From: Alphaproteobacteria bacterium
Lineage (GTDB): Bacteria > Pseudomonadota > Alphaproteobacteria > JABAAW01 > JAHZMA01
Direction: 5' to 3'
Assembly (NCBI GenBank): GCA_965243045.1
Contig: CBDETR010000004.1
Location: 1,207,985 to 1,271,984, forward strand
Length of the DNA: 64,000 bases
In this document: positions 9,573 to 19,662 of the stretch, piece after piece
Layout of the letters: every line of letters starts with the position of its first letter
Position numbering within the stretch: the stretch's first letter is position 1
Notes under the pieces: model-generated
The model's database searches: none
What the model saw: the letters and a program-made list of their open reading frames with translations, nothing else
What the model was told of the DNA's origin: nothing
Program-made: the position numbers and the translations under genes

Positions 9573-10943
9573 ATGGAACATTCGATAATCGCTAATTATG
9601 CCGAAGCGCAAGCTGGTAATGCTGAAGCGAAAGATTGGGAAAATCATTCATTTGATGAATTAACAACTGATATTAAGCCAGTTGCGATGATTGATATTGG
9701 CGCCATTAATATCACTGGTTTGGTTTCTGATAGCAAACCTTATGCGATTAAGGCATGGGCGCAGGTAAAAAGTGAAGGTGCTTATGGTGAAAACTTTCCA
9801 CATTTCAATCAATTAAGTCATGCGATTCAAGAATTATTAGGCAAGCTAGAAAGCCAAATTATGAAACCGATTGAAGAGGTGGTTTTATCATTCTCGGGAA
9901 TTTATTTGCAGTTAGAAACCATTACGTTTCAATGCTCTTTACCTTCTAATGGCATGAATAAGCAGGCGATATGGGAATGGCTGAATAAGGTGTGGATTAA
10001 TCATACTTTAGCGTGTCAGGGGTTGAAACCCGATGCAAAACAACAAAATTCTTCTGGTAAAGACGCACAAATAAGTGGTAAGTTTTTACTGCATGCTTTG
10101 CCACAAGCCGTTTATATTGATAGAAAAAAATGCGATGATTTTTCATCATTGCCACCGCATCATTACCATCATGGGCGTCAGTTAAGCGTAACGCTGAATA
10201 TGGTGCAAATGAAAAAACATGTTGCTGATAATTTGCATAATTTATTTCAATTGGTTGATGTTAAGCTTAAAAAAATTGTTGCGAGCCCTTATGCAGATTT
10301 TCTTTCATTAAAAGAAATGATGGTGTTAGATAAAGAATTGGTGCTGTGCCATATTGGTGCAAACCGCGTAACTGCCAGCTATTTTGAAGATGGCATGTTG
10401 CAACATATTCGAACCACACAATTAGGTAGCAATGATGTTACCAAAGATGTGATGGAAGCTTTTGCGATTGATTGGCAAAAGGCTGAAGAATTAAAATGTG
10501 AAAAAGGTTTTGTGTTGGTTTCCGAAGAAAATATGCTTGTAAAAGTACGAAGCCCTTCGCAATATACCAAAAAGATTGTTGAAGGTAAGAATATGGGCGC
10601 GGATATGACCGCTTTGTTGCCACGTATTATCACCCCAAGGGTTGAAGAAATTTTTGAATGCACGCGCAATCTTGTTAACGACTTGCCGAAATCATCGCTA
10701 ATTGTATTGGTAGGGGCAGGCACACAATTGCCCGGCATTGTTTCTGTGGCACGCAATTATTTGCAAAGAAGAGTGCTATTGGCACCTTATCAATTGGCAA
10801 AACATGCCTTAGATGAATATTCTGAAAGATTTATGGGCGATATGGCGGATACAGAAATGCAATCAGACGTGATTACAGGTTTGGGAATGATGCATTTCAT
10901 GAATATTGCTGATAAAGAATTAGATGTTGAGCCATATTCTTAA
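9573..10943 (+). CDS. ftsA: cell division protein FtsA (divergent; actin-like ATPase fold with degenerate phosphate-binding motifs)
   Basis: 456 aa lying between ftsQ and ftsZ. The stretch ELVLCHIGANRVTASYFEDGML aligns with the E. coli FtsA segment ELGVCVVDIGGGTMDIAVYTGGAL. The C-terminal region resembles FtsA domain 2A. Confidence 0.85.
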   Translation: MEHSIIANYAEAQAGNAEAKDWENHSFDELTTDIKPVAMIDIGAINITGLVSDSKPYAIKAWAQVKSEGAYGENFPHFNQLSHAIQELLGKLESQIMKPIEEVVLSFSGIYLQLETITFQCSLPSNGMNKQAIWEWLNKVWINHTLACQGLKPDAKQQNSSGKDAQISGKFLLHALPQAVYIDRKKCDDFSSLPPHHYHHGRQLSVTLNMVQMKKHVADNLHNLFQLVDVKLKKIVASPYADFLSLKEMMVLDKELVLCHIGANRVTASYFEDGMLQHIRTTQLGSNDVTKDVMEAFAIDWQKAEELKCEKGFVLVSEENMLVKVRSPSQYTKKIVEGKNMGADMTALLPRIITPRVEEIFECTRNLVNDLPKSSLIVLVGAGTQLPGIVSVARNYLQRRVLLAPYQLAKHALDEYSERFMGDMADTEMQSDVITGLGMMHFMNIADKELDVEPYS

Positions 10944-11216
10944 AAAATATCACAAAAATTGAGAACAAGGCTTGACAAAATTGTAAAAAATCGTCAAGAA
11001 TCATATTAAATTGTTAGGATTCTGTCCTAAAAAATAGCAAAATAATCAAAATGCCTCAATAGAGGTATGGTTTTTGCTAAAAGTGGTATGGTAATACGTT
11101 ATTAAACGCATTATTCTTGTGTCTATCAGATGCAAATTATAATCAAACAGCGGAGGAAAATGGGTTCTGAGCATAGGCTCGGTAGGTTCATTTAACCGAA
11201 GAGGTTTGAAAAAATT

Positions 11217-13718
11217 ATGGCGCTTAATATTTCTCTGGCTGAAAATAAAAATCAGCAGACACAAAAAAACAAGAGCATTCGAACAAAAATTAAAGTTATT
11301 GGTATTGGTGGTGCCGGCAGCAATGCGGTAGATAGCATGATACGCGCGAATATGGAAGGCGTTGATTTTGTTGCCTGTAATACCGACCAACAAACGCTAG
11401 AAAACAGCCTTGCAGAAACAAAAATCCAATTAGGCGCGCAAACCACTCAAGGGTTTGGCACAGGTTCTAATCCTAAAAAGGGCGCGCAAGCGGCGAAAGA
11501 GGCGTTAGAAGAAATTCAAGAAATTCTTGCCAACACACAATTATTATTCTTAACCGCTGGCATGGGCGGTGGCACTGGCACAGGGGCAATTCCGATTATT
11601 GCAGAAATGGCACGTGATATGGGGATTTTAACGGTAGCCGTCGTCACCAAGCCTTTCGCTTTTGAAGGCGAAAGACGCTTGAAAGCCGCGCAAACGGGTA
11701 TTCGAAAATTAGGGCAGTATGTTGATACGCTGATTGTAATTAATAATCAAAATCTATTTGAAATTGCTGATGAGAGTACGACGTTTAATGATGCGTTTCA
11801 TATGACGAATGAAGTAGTCGCATCAGGCATTAAGGGTATCACGGATTTAATGACGATGCCCGGCATTATCAATTTAGATTTTTCTGATATTACCACAATT
11901 ATGAGTGAACGTGGCAAAGCGTTGATTGGCACAGCCGAAGAAGAAGGCGAAGATAGAGCCATTAAAGCCGCAGAGCGCGCGTTGAATAACCAATTGTTAG
12001 ATGATGTGGCATTAGAACAAGCCACAGGCGTTTTGGTGAATGTAACAGGTGGTGATGATTTAGGATTGTTAGAAGTGGATAGGGCAGTCAATATGATTAA
12101 AGAAGCTGCCGCTGAGAATGCACAATTGATTTTTGGTGCGTCTTCTAGTCAAAAATTGCAAGGCAGGATTCGAATCACTATTTTGGCAACTGGCATCGCG
12201 CCTATGCAAAATTCTGAAATTGCGGATGATGATGAAGAAGAAAGCGAGCTGCAAACAGAAGAAAATAAACGACCCTCTTTGGTACAACCTTCTGGTTTAG
12301 CGCAAGCACCTCATAAAGAGACATCACAAGAAAAAACGGGGCAAGAAAGAACGCCTGAACAAGAAGTAGGGCAAGAACAGGTAGCAGAACCGCAACAAGC
12401 AGAACCGCAACAAGCAGAATCAGCACAGCCAACACAGCAACAGCAATCGGTGCAACAGCCAACACAGCAACAGCCTCAAGAAACGCAATCGGTGCAACAA
12501 CCAACACAGCAACAGCAAGCACCTCAACAAGTGCAACAGCAAAATATTCCCCAAGCACAAATGCAAACGCAACAAGCCCCCCAAGCGCAAGCACAAACGC
12601 AACCAACAATGCAACAGCCTCAGATGGCACAGCCTCAACAAATACCACAGCAAGCGGTTGCAACGCATTCACCTTATGCACAGTTGAATCAACAAATTTC
12701 TGAACATGCCCATAATGCAAATCAAATGGCGCATCAGATGGCGGTGCAACAGACACAGCAAAATGTACAGCAATCTAATGGTCAGGTCGGACAACCGCCT
12801 AACGGTCAGGTGGTAAATGGGAATGGTGTTTATTTTAATAATGGCAATCCGTTACCCCCCATCCATGAAATGATGATTAATGATGACCCTATCCATGTGC
12901 CGACGGCTTTACAAAATGGACAAAGTCATGCAATTCAAGGTCAGGCAATTCAGGGCGATAATATCAATACGCAAAAGCATGATGCGAACTTAAAAGTAGA
13001 ACAGTTGCGTGCAAAAATTCATTTTGCCAATCATGTGGAACCACAAAGCCAAATTGATAATCATCAGGCGCAAAAACTTGCAGAAGTGCAGGCACAGCTT
13101 GAAGATATCAGCGCGCAGGTGCAACAGCCAGCCAATAACACCCATGCGGGTGGTGGAATGGTGCAACATATTCAACAAATCAATGGCGGAGCTGAACCAC
13201 AGATGCAAGAAGCAGATGCCAATGCAGATGCCAATGCCAATACCAATGATATGATTGATGAAGATTATAGTGATACGCATGATGATGAAGAGATGGGCAA
13301 TGAAGCACTCGCTGATGAAAAAATGAATCATGAAGCCATAGATATTAATATGGATGATGAAGAGTTAGATAATGTTGAGTTTGATGAGCAGGAAGAAGAA
13401 ATTCGTACGGAAAAACCTATTGTAAAGCTGAACATTAAACGCTCGCATGATGAAGCAGACGTTAATTTAGCAAAATTACCTAATAAGAAGAAAATGAAAA
13501 TCAGACCCATATCTGCAATGGATGCATCAGAGGAAAATAATAGCAAGCCTAAGAAAAGGCAAGAATTTAGCAATGAAGCAAATCCTGAAAGTTTCTCACT
13601 TCCCTTTGATGAAGTTGTATCCGAAGAAGAAGTTGTGGCAGAAGCTGTGAATGGTGGAAAAATGCTAAGTCGTAAAGATTTGGATATTCCTGCATTTTTA
13701 CGTCGCCAAGCTAATTAA
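11217..13718 (+). CDS. ftsZ: cell division GTPase FtsZ with a very long disordered C-terminal linker
   Basis: The N-terminal roughly 320 aa form a canonical tubulin/FtsZ core (GIGGAGSNAV, GGGTGTGA, NTDAQ-like). The rest is a Gln/Pro-rich repeat linker of about 450 aa plus an acidic block, ending in the conserved FtsA-binding peptide DLDIPAFLRRQAN. There is a good RBS (GAAGAGG) upstream. Confidence 0.95.
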   Translation: MALNISLAENKNQQTQKNKSIRTKIKVIGIGGAGSNAVDSMIRANMEGVDFVACNTDQQTLENSLAETKIQLGAQTTQGFGTGSNPKKGAQAAKEALEEIQEILANTQLLFLTAGMGGGTGTGAIPIIAEMARDMGILTVAVVTKPFAFEGERRLKAAQTGIRKLGQYVDTLIVINNQNLFEIADESTTFNDAFHMTNEVVASGIKGITDLMTMPGIINLDFSDITTIMSERGKALIGTAEEEGEDRAIKAAERALNNQLLDDVALEQATGVLVNVTGGDDLGLLEVDRAVNMIKEAAAENAQLIFGASSSQKLQGRIRITILATGIAPMQNSEIADDDEEESELQTEENKRPSLVQPSGLAQAPHKETSQEKTGQERTPEQEVGQEQVAEPQQAEPQQAESAQPTQQQQSVQQPTQQQPQETQSVQQPTQQQQAPQQVQQQNIPQAQMQTQQAPQAQAQTQPTMQQPQMAQPQQIPQQAVATHSPYAQLNQQISEHAHNANQMAHQMAVQQTQQNVQQSNGQVGQPPNGQVVNGNGVYFNNGNPLPPIHEMMINDDPIHVPTALQNGQSHAIQGQAIQGDNINTQKHDANLKVEQLRAKIHFANHVEPQSQIDNHQAQKLAEVQAQLEDISAQVQQPANNTHAGGGMVQHIQQINGGAEPQMQEADANADANANTNDMIDEDYSDTHDDEEMGNEALADEKMNHEAIDINMDDEELDNVEFDEQEEEIRTEKPIVKLNIKRSHDEADVNLAKLPNKKKMKIRPISAMDASEENNSKPKKRQEFSNEANPESFSLPFDEVVSEEEVVAEAVNGGKMLSRKDLDIPAFLRRQAN

Positions 13719-13785
13719 TCAATTAAATTAATTGGGGCAGAAAAATCAACTGGTAATTTTAGACCTATCGCCTTATAATTGCGGT

Positions 13786-14739
13786 ATGGTACAAGAAGCA
13801 ACAATTCGTACGGGTGCAGAACGTCATCCAGAAAAGCAAAAAAATCCCGATAATCATTCAGGTAAAAAGCCTGATTGGATTCGTGTGCGGGCGGGCAATC
13901 ATCCTGCCTTTTTTGAAACAAAAAAAATCGTGAAAGAGCAAAATCTTGTCACAGTTTGTGAAGAGGCGGCTTGCCCTAATATTGGCGAATGCTGGGCAAA
14001 AAAACATGCAACTTTTATGATTCTGGGCAGTATTTGCACAAGGGCATGCGCTTTTTGTAATGTGGCAACGGGCAAACCTTTCGCACCTGACCCATTTGAA
14101 GGCTATCGTGTGGCGGATTCTGTGTATCAAATGGGGTTAGAACATTCCGTCATTACATCGGTTGATAGAGATGATTTAGATGATGGTGGGGCAGCAGCTT
14201 TTGTGCAAGTGATTGAAGCCATACGCAAGAAATGCAAAGAGACCACGATTGAAATTTTAACGCCAGATTTTCGGGATAAGCAAGGTGCGATTGAAGCGGT
14301 TGTTGCCGCCGGTCCTGATGTGTTCAATCATAATTTAGAAACAGTGCCAAGTCTTTACCCAACTATTCGCCCCGGCGCACGCTATTTCACATCGTTAGAA
14401 TTATTGCATCGGGTCAAAAAAATAGATGATAGCATCTTTACAAAATCAGGTATCATGGTTGGGTTGGGTGAGAAGCATCAGGAAATTATGCAATTAATGG
14501 ATGATTTGCGTGCCGCAGATGTTGATTTCATCACTGTAGGGCAGTATCTACAGCCAACCCCGAAACATGCGCCCATTGAACGATTTGTCCCCCCTGATGA
14601 ATTTTCAAAATTAGAAAAGATAGCTTATGGCAAAGGGTTTTTGATGGTTTCTTGTTCGCCTTTGACACGGTCATCGCATCATGCGGGTGATGATTTTAGA
14701 AAATTACAACAGGCAAGGGCTGCAAAGAGCGCGAATTAA
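13786..14739 (+). CDS. lipA: lipoyl synthase LipA
   Basis: Radical-SAM cysteine motifs ([12 protein letters not shown] and [10 protein letters not shown]) characteristic of LipA. The start is uncertain: I chose ATG 13786, and the alternative is an in-frame TTG at 13732. Confidence 0.9.
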   Translation: MVQEATIRTGAERHPEKQKNPDNHSGKKPDWIRVRAGNHPAFFETKKIVKEQNLVTVCEEAACPNIGECWAKKHATFMILGSICTRACAFCNVATGKPFAPDPFEGYRVADSVYQMGLEHSVITSVDRDDLDDGGAAAFVQVIEAIRKKCKETTIEILTPDFRDKQGAIEAVVAAGPDVFNHNLETVPSLYPTIRPGARYFTSLELLHRVKKIDDSIFTKSGIMVGLGEKHQEIMQLMDDLRAADVDFITVGQYLQPTPKHAPIERFVPPDEFSKLEKIAYGKGFLMVSCSPLTRSSHHAGDDFRKLQQARAAKSAN

Positions 14740-14742
14740 ACG

Positions 14743-15219
14743 ATGGAATATCGTGCAGAAAAAAATGTAAATTTGCCAGCAGAGCAAATTTTTACAATTA
14801 TTTCAAATGTGAATGATTACCATTATTTCTTACCATGGTGTCAGGGCTCTAAGATGATAGAAACCATTGCACCCAATCATCATCTTGGTGCTTTATTGAT
14901 AGGGTTTCAACATTTCAAAGAAAAATTAGTTTCGGAAGTGCGTGTTGATGCAGAAAAAATGCGCGTGGAAATGCGTGTGCCTGTTGTTAAAGCCTATCAG
15001 CATCATCAACAATATGCCAATGCTGTGAAAGAATTATATGCTTATTGGCAATTAAATTCGGTGGGTACACAAGAGCATCCGCAAACCAATGTACAATTTT
15101 ATATTGATTTTAACATGAAGATAAAACTTTATAACCACATGCTTAAATTGATGATGAAAAATACCATCGATAATATGGCAGAAGCATTTGTGATTCGCGC
15201 GCAAGAAATGCAAAAATAA
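14743..15219 (+). CDS. SRPBCC-family protein (COQ10/RatA-like polyketide cyclase/dehydrase fold)
   Basis: 158 aa immediately downstream of lipA, the usual alphaproteobacterial arrangement. The sequence pattern is consistent with START/Bet v1-like proteins. This is a family-level call only. Confidence 0.65.
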   Translation: MEYRAEKNVNLPAEQIFTIISNVNDYHYFLPWCQGSKMIETIAPNHHLGALLIGFQHFKEKLVSEVRVDAEKMRVEMRVPVVKAYQHHQQYANAVKELYAYWQLNSVGTQEHPQTNVQFYIDFNMKIKLYNHMLKLMMKNTIDNMAEAFVIRAQEMQK

Positions 15220-15247
15220 AAGCCTCTTTCAGATGAAAAAGGCTTTT
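15216..15247. terminator. putative bidirectional rho-independent terminator between convergent genes
   Basis: The sequence aaaagcctctttcagatgaaaaaggctttt forms a stem (aaagcc/ggcttt) flanked by A and T runs. It lies between the SRPBCC gene (+) and the ankyrin gene (-). Confidence 0.5.
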
Positions 15248-15275
15248 ATAAATAATTAATAAAGAGAATAATGTT

Positions 15276-17075
15276 TTAACGTGAGGCGGCAGAGGCAAGC
15301 ACTTCATTCTGTAAAATCTCATCATTCGGGTCAAAAATATCGCTATCATTTAGCTGTAATGAAGCGCCAAAATTATTTTCAACAAAATCTTCTAAGATAG
15401 AAGCAGCATTATCGCTATAGATGATTGGCACACCGCGATTATTAGAATAACGCACATTCGCAACGGTAGAATCAAGAACAAGGTCAGTATTTTGTTGACG
15501 GAATACGGCATCGTCTGAAAGATTTTGTTCTACATCATTCCCGATTTCATCACCATTAACGGATAATTCACGACCACGGCTAATAGGATTTCCTAATGCA
15601 TCTACGCGAATAATCTGGGCTTTGTAAATATTTTCATCATCATATTCAATGAAAACATCTTCCAACACAACATGTTCTTCTTCAATCATGATAGAAACAG
15701 ATACAGAGGCACGTTGTGGGGCATTATATAACTCTTCCACAATCTTTTGGTCAAGTGGGCGAATGGCAACGCGCTGTTGATAAAGCGCACCAGTTGAGGT
15801 TAATGCAAATGATAAGCCACCATTTCTAGGGTTAAATACAGGGTCTTCCAAACGGAAATCGCGTAAAACTTCATATATGGCATCACGCTTAAATAAAGGT
15901 AACATAACTTCAAGTTGATTACGTCTTAATTCAACTCTTTCGCGTAATGATGCGATACGGGCATTGCGTGATTCTACATCTTGTTCAAAACCTCTTTGAA
16001 TGCGATAGAATGTTGTGCGATATTCACCCACTTCACGAACAGCACGAAAACCAAATTCAAAATCTGATTCAAACAATCCTTGACGGACATCAAGCGGGTT
16101 AGGAAGTTGTGGACGTGGGAGCAATTCAGGAATACTCACATCTATCAATGAAAGATAACGTTCAGAAATACCTGTAACCATTGCTTCAATTTGTGGTAAA
16201 GCATCTTGATTGGCACCATCAGAACTTCTAGCAGGTAATAAATCACGCCAGCCACTTGAATCAGGTGGAATATTACTACGGAATACAACTCTACGTATAG
16301 AGGGGTCATTTTGATAAACCCGAAGCAACGATGATACACGTGGAAAACCACTGCTACCAGCAAGAACAAAAGGGGTTTGCCCTGCATTATTTAGCACATC
16401 AGAAAGAGCACCTTGATTTAATAAAAATGCAGTCATATCTAATTGACCAGATGTGGCTGAATAATGTAAAGGCGTGTTACCAATATTATCGATGTCTTCC
16501 ACAGCAGCACCTTGTTCGATTAATTCTCCGGCAATATCAATATAGCCACCTGCCACAGCATAATGCAGTGGTGTTAATCCTTTATCATCAGCTGCAATGA
16601 AGGCACCTTGCTTTATCAAATAGCGCGTGATAGGAATATAATTCTTTGTTAAGGCCGTATGCAAAGGAGTTTGTTGATTGGGTAAGGTGGTATTGATATC
16701 TGCGCCACGGACTACCAGCAGATTAAGTGCGCCCAAATGACGGTTATCAACGGCTAAATGCAGAGCGCTATAACCACTTTCATCAAGGTCATCAATAATA
16801 GTCGAATCGTTAGCCAGTAAAATCTCAATCAATCCAAGATGCGCGTTCGCGGCAGCCTCATGAAGTGGGTTCCGTCCTGTTTTTGCATCAAGAACATCAA
16901 TATCAGCACCTTTTGCAATTAAATCAGTAACGGCTTCCAAATTGCCATTACGCACCGCTCGGTTCAGGTATTGTGATAATAATGCTGGCGATTCTGTGCC
17001 AGTAATAACTTGTTGTGCAAAAGCACCACCTATAAAGGTAGAAATCATTATCAAGACTGTTAAAAATAAACGCAT
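15276..17075 (-). CDS. secreted ankyrin-repeat protein with a C-terminal domain I do not recognise
   Basis: Sec-type signal peptide (MRLFLTVLIMISTFIGGAFAQQ). About seven ankyrin repeats (G.TPLH..A..G...L...GA) span residues ~35-250. The remaining ~350 residues have no recognisable motifs. Confidence 0.7.
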   Translation of the reverse strand: MRLFLTVLIMISTFIGGAFAQQVITGTESPALLSQYLNRAVRNGNLEAVTDLIAKGADIDVLDAKTGRNPLHEAAANAHLGLIEILLANDSTIIDDLDESGYSALHLAVDNRHLGALNLLVVRGADINTTLPNQQTPLHTALTKNYIPITRYLIKQGAFIAADDKGLTPLHYAVAGGYIDIAGELIEQGAAVEDIDNIGNTPLHYSATSGQLDMTAFLLNQGALSDVLNNAGQTPFVLAGSSGFPRVSSLLRVYQNDPSIRRVVFRSNIPPDSSGWRDLLPARSSDGANQDALPQIEAMVTGISERYLSLIDVSIPELLPRPQLPNPLDVRQGLFESDFEFGFRAVREVGEYRTTFYRIQRGFEQDVESRNARIASLRERVELRRNQLEVMLPLFKRDAIYEVLRDFRLEDPVFNPRNGGLSFALTSTGALYQQRVAIRPLDQKIVEELYNAPQRASVSVSIMIEEEHVVLEDVFIEYDDENIYKAQIIRVDALGNPISRGRELSVNGDEIGNDVEQNLSDDAVFRQQNTDLVLDSTVANVRYSNNRGVPIIYSDNAASILEDFVENNFGASLQLNDSDIFDPNDEILQNEVLASAASR

Positions 17076-17176
17076 CGCTTACTCCATTTGTTTTTTAAAT
17101 AGTAAAATACATTAAGATACTTCACTTTTAAGGTATTTACCCCAATATTCAGAGACTTCTTAAGATGTTTTACTTG

Positions 17177-17214
17177 CCGTAATAACAATATTATACCGTA
17201 ATAACAATATTATA
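17177..17214. repeat. perfect tandem direct repeat (2 x 19 bp, CCGTAATAACAATATTATA) in the upstream region of the ankyrin gene
   Basis: Seen directly in sequence at 17177-17195 and 17196-17214, roughly 100-140 bp upstream of the minus-strand ankyrin start codon. Confidence 0.8.
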
Positions 17215-17358
17215 CAAGCATTCTATTATCAAACATAGAAAGTCACTGTTTTTATAGCAAAAATAATGCAAAAAAACAAGTAAATAGCAACGATTTATTT
17301 ACTTTTATTCACTTTTTTTACAATTTTTCGCCATTTTTTTTAGAGTGATAAAGAAAAG

Positions 17359-18777
17359 TTACGCCGCCAATTCTGTACCACCAATGGCTAATTTATCAAT
17401 TTTCATGGATGGTTGCCCAACCCCTACAGGCACACTTTGCCCATCTTTACCGCATGTACCAACGCCTGTATCAAGTTCCATATCATTGCCAATCATTGAA
17501 ATTTTATTCATGACATCAATGCCACTACCAATCAATGTTGCACCTTTAACGGGTGCTGTGATTTTGCCATTTTCAATTTTATAGGCTTCGGTACAGCTGA
17601 AAACAAACTGCCCTGAGGTAATATCAACCTGCCCACCACCAAAATTAACCGCATAAATACCTTTATCTACCGATGCAATCATCTCATCACAAGTGTGATT
17701 GCCATTGGTCATGAATGTATTGGTCATGCGGGGCATCGGCAAATGCTGGAATGATTCGCGCCTGCCATTGCCTGTGGGTGCAACATTCATCAGCCTTGCA
17801 TTCATTTTATCTTGCAGATAACCAGTGAGAATACCATCTTCAATCAATGTATTGCGCGCTGATTGCGTGCCTTCATCATCAATTGAAATAGAGCCACGCC
17901 TGCCTTCCATTGTGCCATCATCAATCACTGTAACGCCTTTAGATGCCACTTTCTGCCCGATTTGCCCTGAAAAAACAGAAGTTTTCTTGCGGTTGAAATC
18001 GCCTTCTAAACCATGCCCTACCGCTTCATGCAATAAGACACCGCACCAACCCGGACCTAACACAACAGGCAATTCACCCGCAGGTGCAGGCACTGATTCT
18101 AAATTGATAAGGGCTTGTTCTAATGCTTTATCACATGCGAATTTGCAGGCATCATGATTGATATAATCATATAAATTTTCACGACCGCCAAAACCATAGC
18201 TTCCTTGTTCCATACGTCCTGATACTTCTACCATTACAGTGACTGAAATACGGGTAAGCGGACGATAATCATAGGCAATTTCGCCATCAGGGCGGATAAT
18301 TTCCACATATTGAAATTGATTGCTCAAGCTCATACTCACTTGGCGAATACGGTTATCTTTGGCGCGAATTTCACGGTCTAATTGCAATAAAAGTTCCGAT
18401 TTTGTAGAGAAATCTGCTTGTTCAATCGGAGATTCTTCCCCGTAATAGCGCGTTGGATTTTTGGCAAGAACGCTCTTATCTAAATTGGCTGTGCCTTGAT
18501 GAGGCAGGATATTCCGTACAACTTTGCCAGCAATATCAAGCTGTTCTAGGGTAACATTCGATGAGCTGGCATAAGAAGCGGCATCTTCTTTGACGCTACG
18601 CAATCCGAATCCCATAGAAATATCGTAATTTGCATTTTTGATAATGCGGTCAGATAATAACAGGCTTTCTGTGGAAAGATGCTCTAAGAAAATTTCGCCA
18701 TCATTGGCACCATGCAAAATATCGCCTAGTTTGGCACTTGCTTTATCGCGGTCAAAATCTTGAAAGAAATTTTTCAT
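17359..18777 (-). CDS. tldD: metalloprotease TldD
   Basis: 472 aa with the HEAVGHGLEGD HExxH-like motif and the GxC/GGG-rich C-terminal PmbA/TldD domain. Confidence 0.9.
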   Translation of the reverse strand: MKNFFQDFDRDKASAKLGDILHGANDGEIFLEHLSTESLLLSDRIIKNANYDISMGFGLRSVKEDAASYASSSNVTLEQLDIAGKVVRNILPHQGTANLDKSVLAKNPTRYYGEESPIEQADFSTKSELLLQLDREIRAKDNRIRQVSMSLSNQFQYVEIIRPDGEIAYDYRPLTRISVTVMVEVSGRMEQGSYGFGGRENLYDYINHDACKFACDKALEQALINLESVPAPAGELPVVLGPGWCGVLLHEAVGHGLEGDFNRKKTSVFSGQIGQKVASKGVTVIDDGTMEGRRGSISIDDEGTQSARNTLIEDGILTGYLQDKMNARLMNVAPTGNGRRESFQHLPMPRMTNTFMTNGNHTCDEMIASVDKGIYAVNFGGGQVDITSGQFVFSCTEAYKIENGKITAPVKGATLIGSGIDVMNKISMIGNDMELDTGVGTCGKDGQSVPVGVGQPSMKIDKLAIGGTELAA

Positions 18778-18855
18778 ATCATATCCTTGAGGTTGTTATT
18801 TATAGTCACGCATTTTATAGTTATGTATTGTGCCGTGAAATCATGGTTTCGTCAA

Positions 18856-19662
18856 TTATAAATTTGATAAATCCAACACATCTTGCATAGAATATAGCCC
18901 AGCTTTTTGTTGGCATAACCATAATGCGCCATGCACTGCCCCTTTGGCAAAAAGTTCTTTTGATTGCGCGCGATGGTCAAAAATGATGCGTTCATCCGTG
19001 CCTGCAAAAATCACCTGATGCTCACCAATCACTGTGCCACCGCGTAGCACCGCATAGCCGATTTTGCCTGCTTCGCGTTTTTGTTGAGATTCAAAATAAG
19101 GCGGTGCCATTATCTCATCATGATTTTTACCCTTGCCTTTGGCGCAGGCTTTCCCTAAGGCAAGGGCAGTACCTGATGGGGCATCTATCTTTTGATTGTG
19201 GTGCATTTCTAAAACTTCAATATCATAATCATCGGGCAGGGCATTGGCAGCCTTCTCAACAAGGTTTAGCAACAGATTTACTCCTAAAGAAAAATTAGCC
19301 GAACGCAAGAAAGGAATATGATGTTGGCACATATCAAGCTCGCGTGATTGCGCTTCAGAAAAACCCGTTGTGCCACAAACATAGGCAATCTGGCTATTGG
19401 CGCAGATACGGGTATGGTCTAACGATGCGTCAGGTGTCGTAAAATCAATCACCACATCGCTACCGGGAATCGTTTTTAAGGGGTTATCATTCATGATAAT
19501 GCCTGTTTCTTTACCACCGATTAAACTGGCAACATCAAGGTTACAGTTTGGGTCGTCTTGGCATAATGTGGCACCGAAAAGGTTGGCATCAGGATGCGCT
19601 AGCACCGCTTTGGCTAACATTTGCCCCATACGCCCTGCGACGCCTGCGATGGTAATATTCAT
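18856..19662 (-). CDS. dapB: 4-hydroxy-tetrahydrodipicolinate reductase DapB
   Basis: 268 aa with N-terminal NAD(P)-binding GxxGxxG (IAGVAGRMGQ) and the DapB C-terminal domain (EMHHNQKIDAPSGTA). Confidence 0.9.
   Translation of the reverse strand: MNITIAGVAGRMGQMLAKAVLAHPDANLFGATLCQDDPNCNLDVASLIGGKETGIIMNDNPLKTIPGSDVVIDFTTPDASLDHTRICANSQIAYVCGTTGFSEAQSRELDMCQHHIPFLRSANFSLGVNLLLNLVEKAANALPDDYDIEVLEMHHNQKIDAPSGTALALGKACAKGKGKNHDEIMAPPYFESQQKREAGKIGYAVLRGGTVIGEHQVIFAGTDERIIFDHRAQSKELFAKGAVHGALWLCQQKAGLYSMQDVLDLSNL

Noticed and set aside
12202-12756. 184-aa and 82-aa minus-strand ORFs inside ftsZ
   Set aside because: They are antisense frames opened up by the CAG/CAA-rich repeat DNA of the FtsZ linker. 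Their products are low-complexity Leu/Ala/Val strings.
14743-15219. Possible RatA-type toxin of a toxin-antitoxin pair
   Set aside because: There is no adjacent small antitoxin gene. The lipA-linked SRPBCC protein is the conserved COQ10-like lipid-binding homologue, not a TA module.
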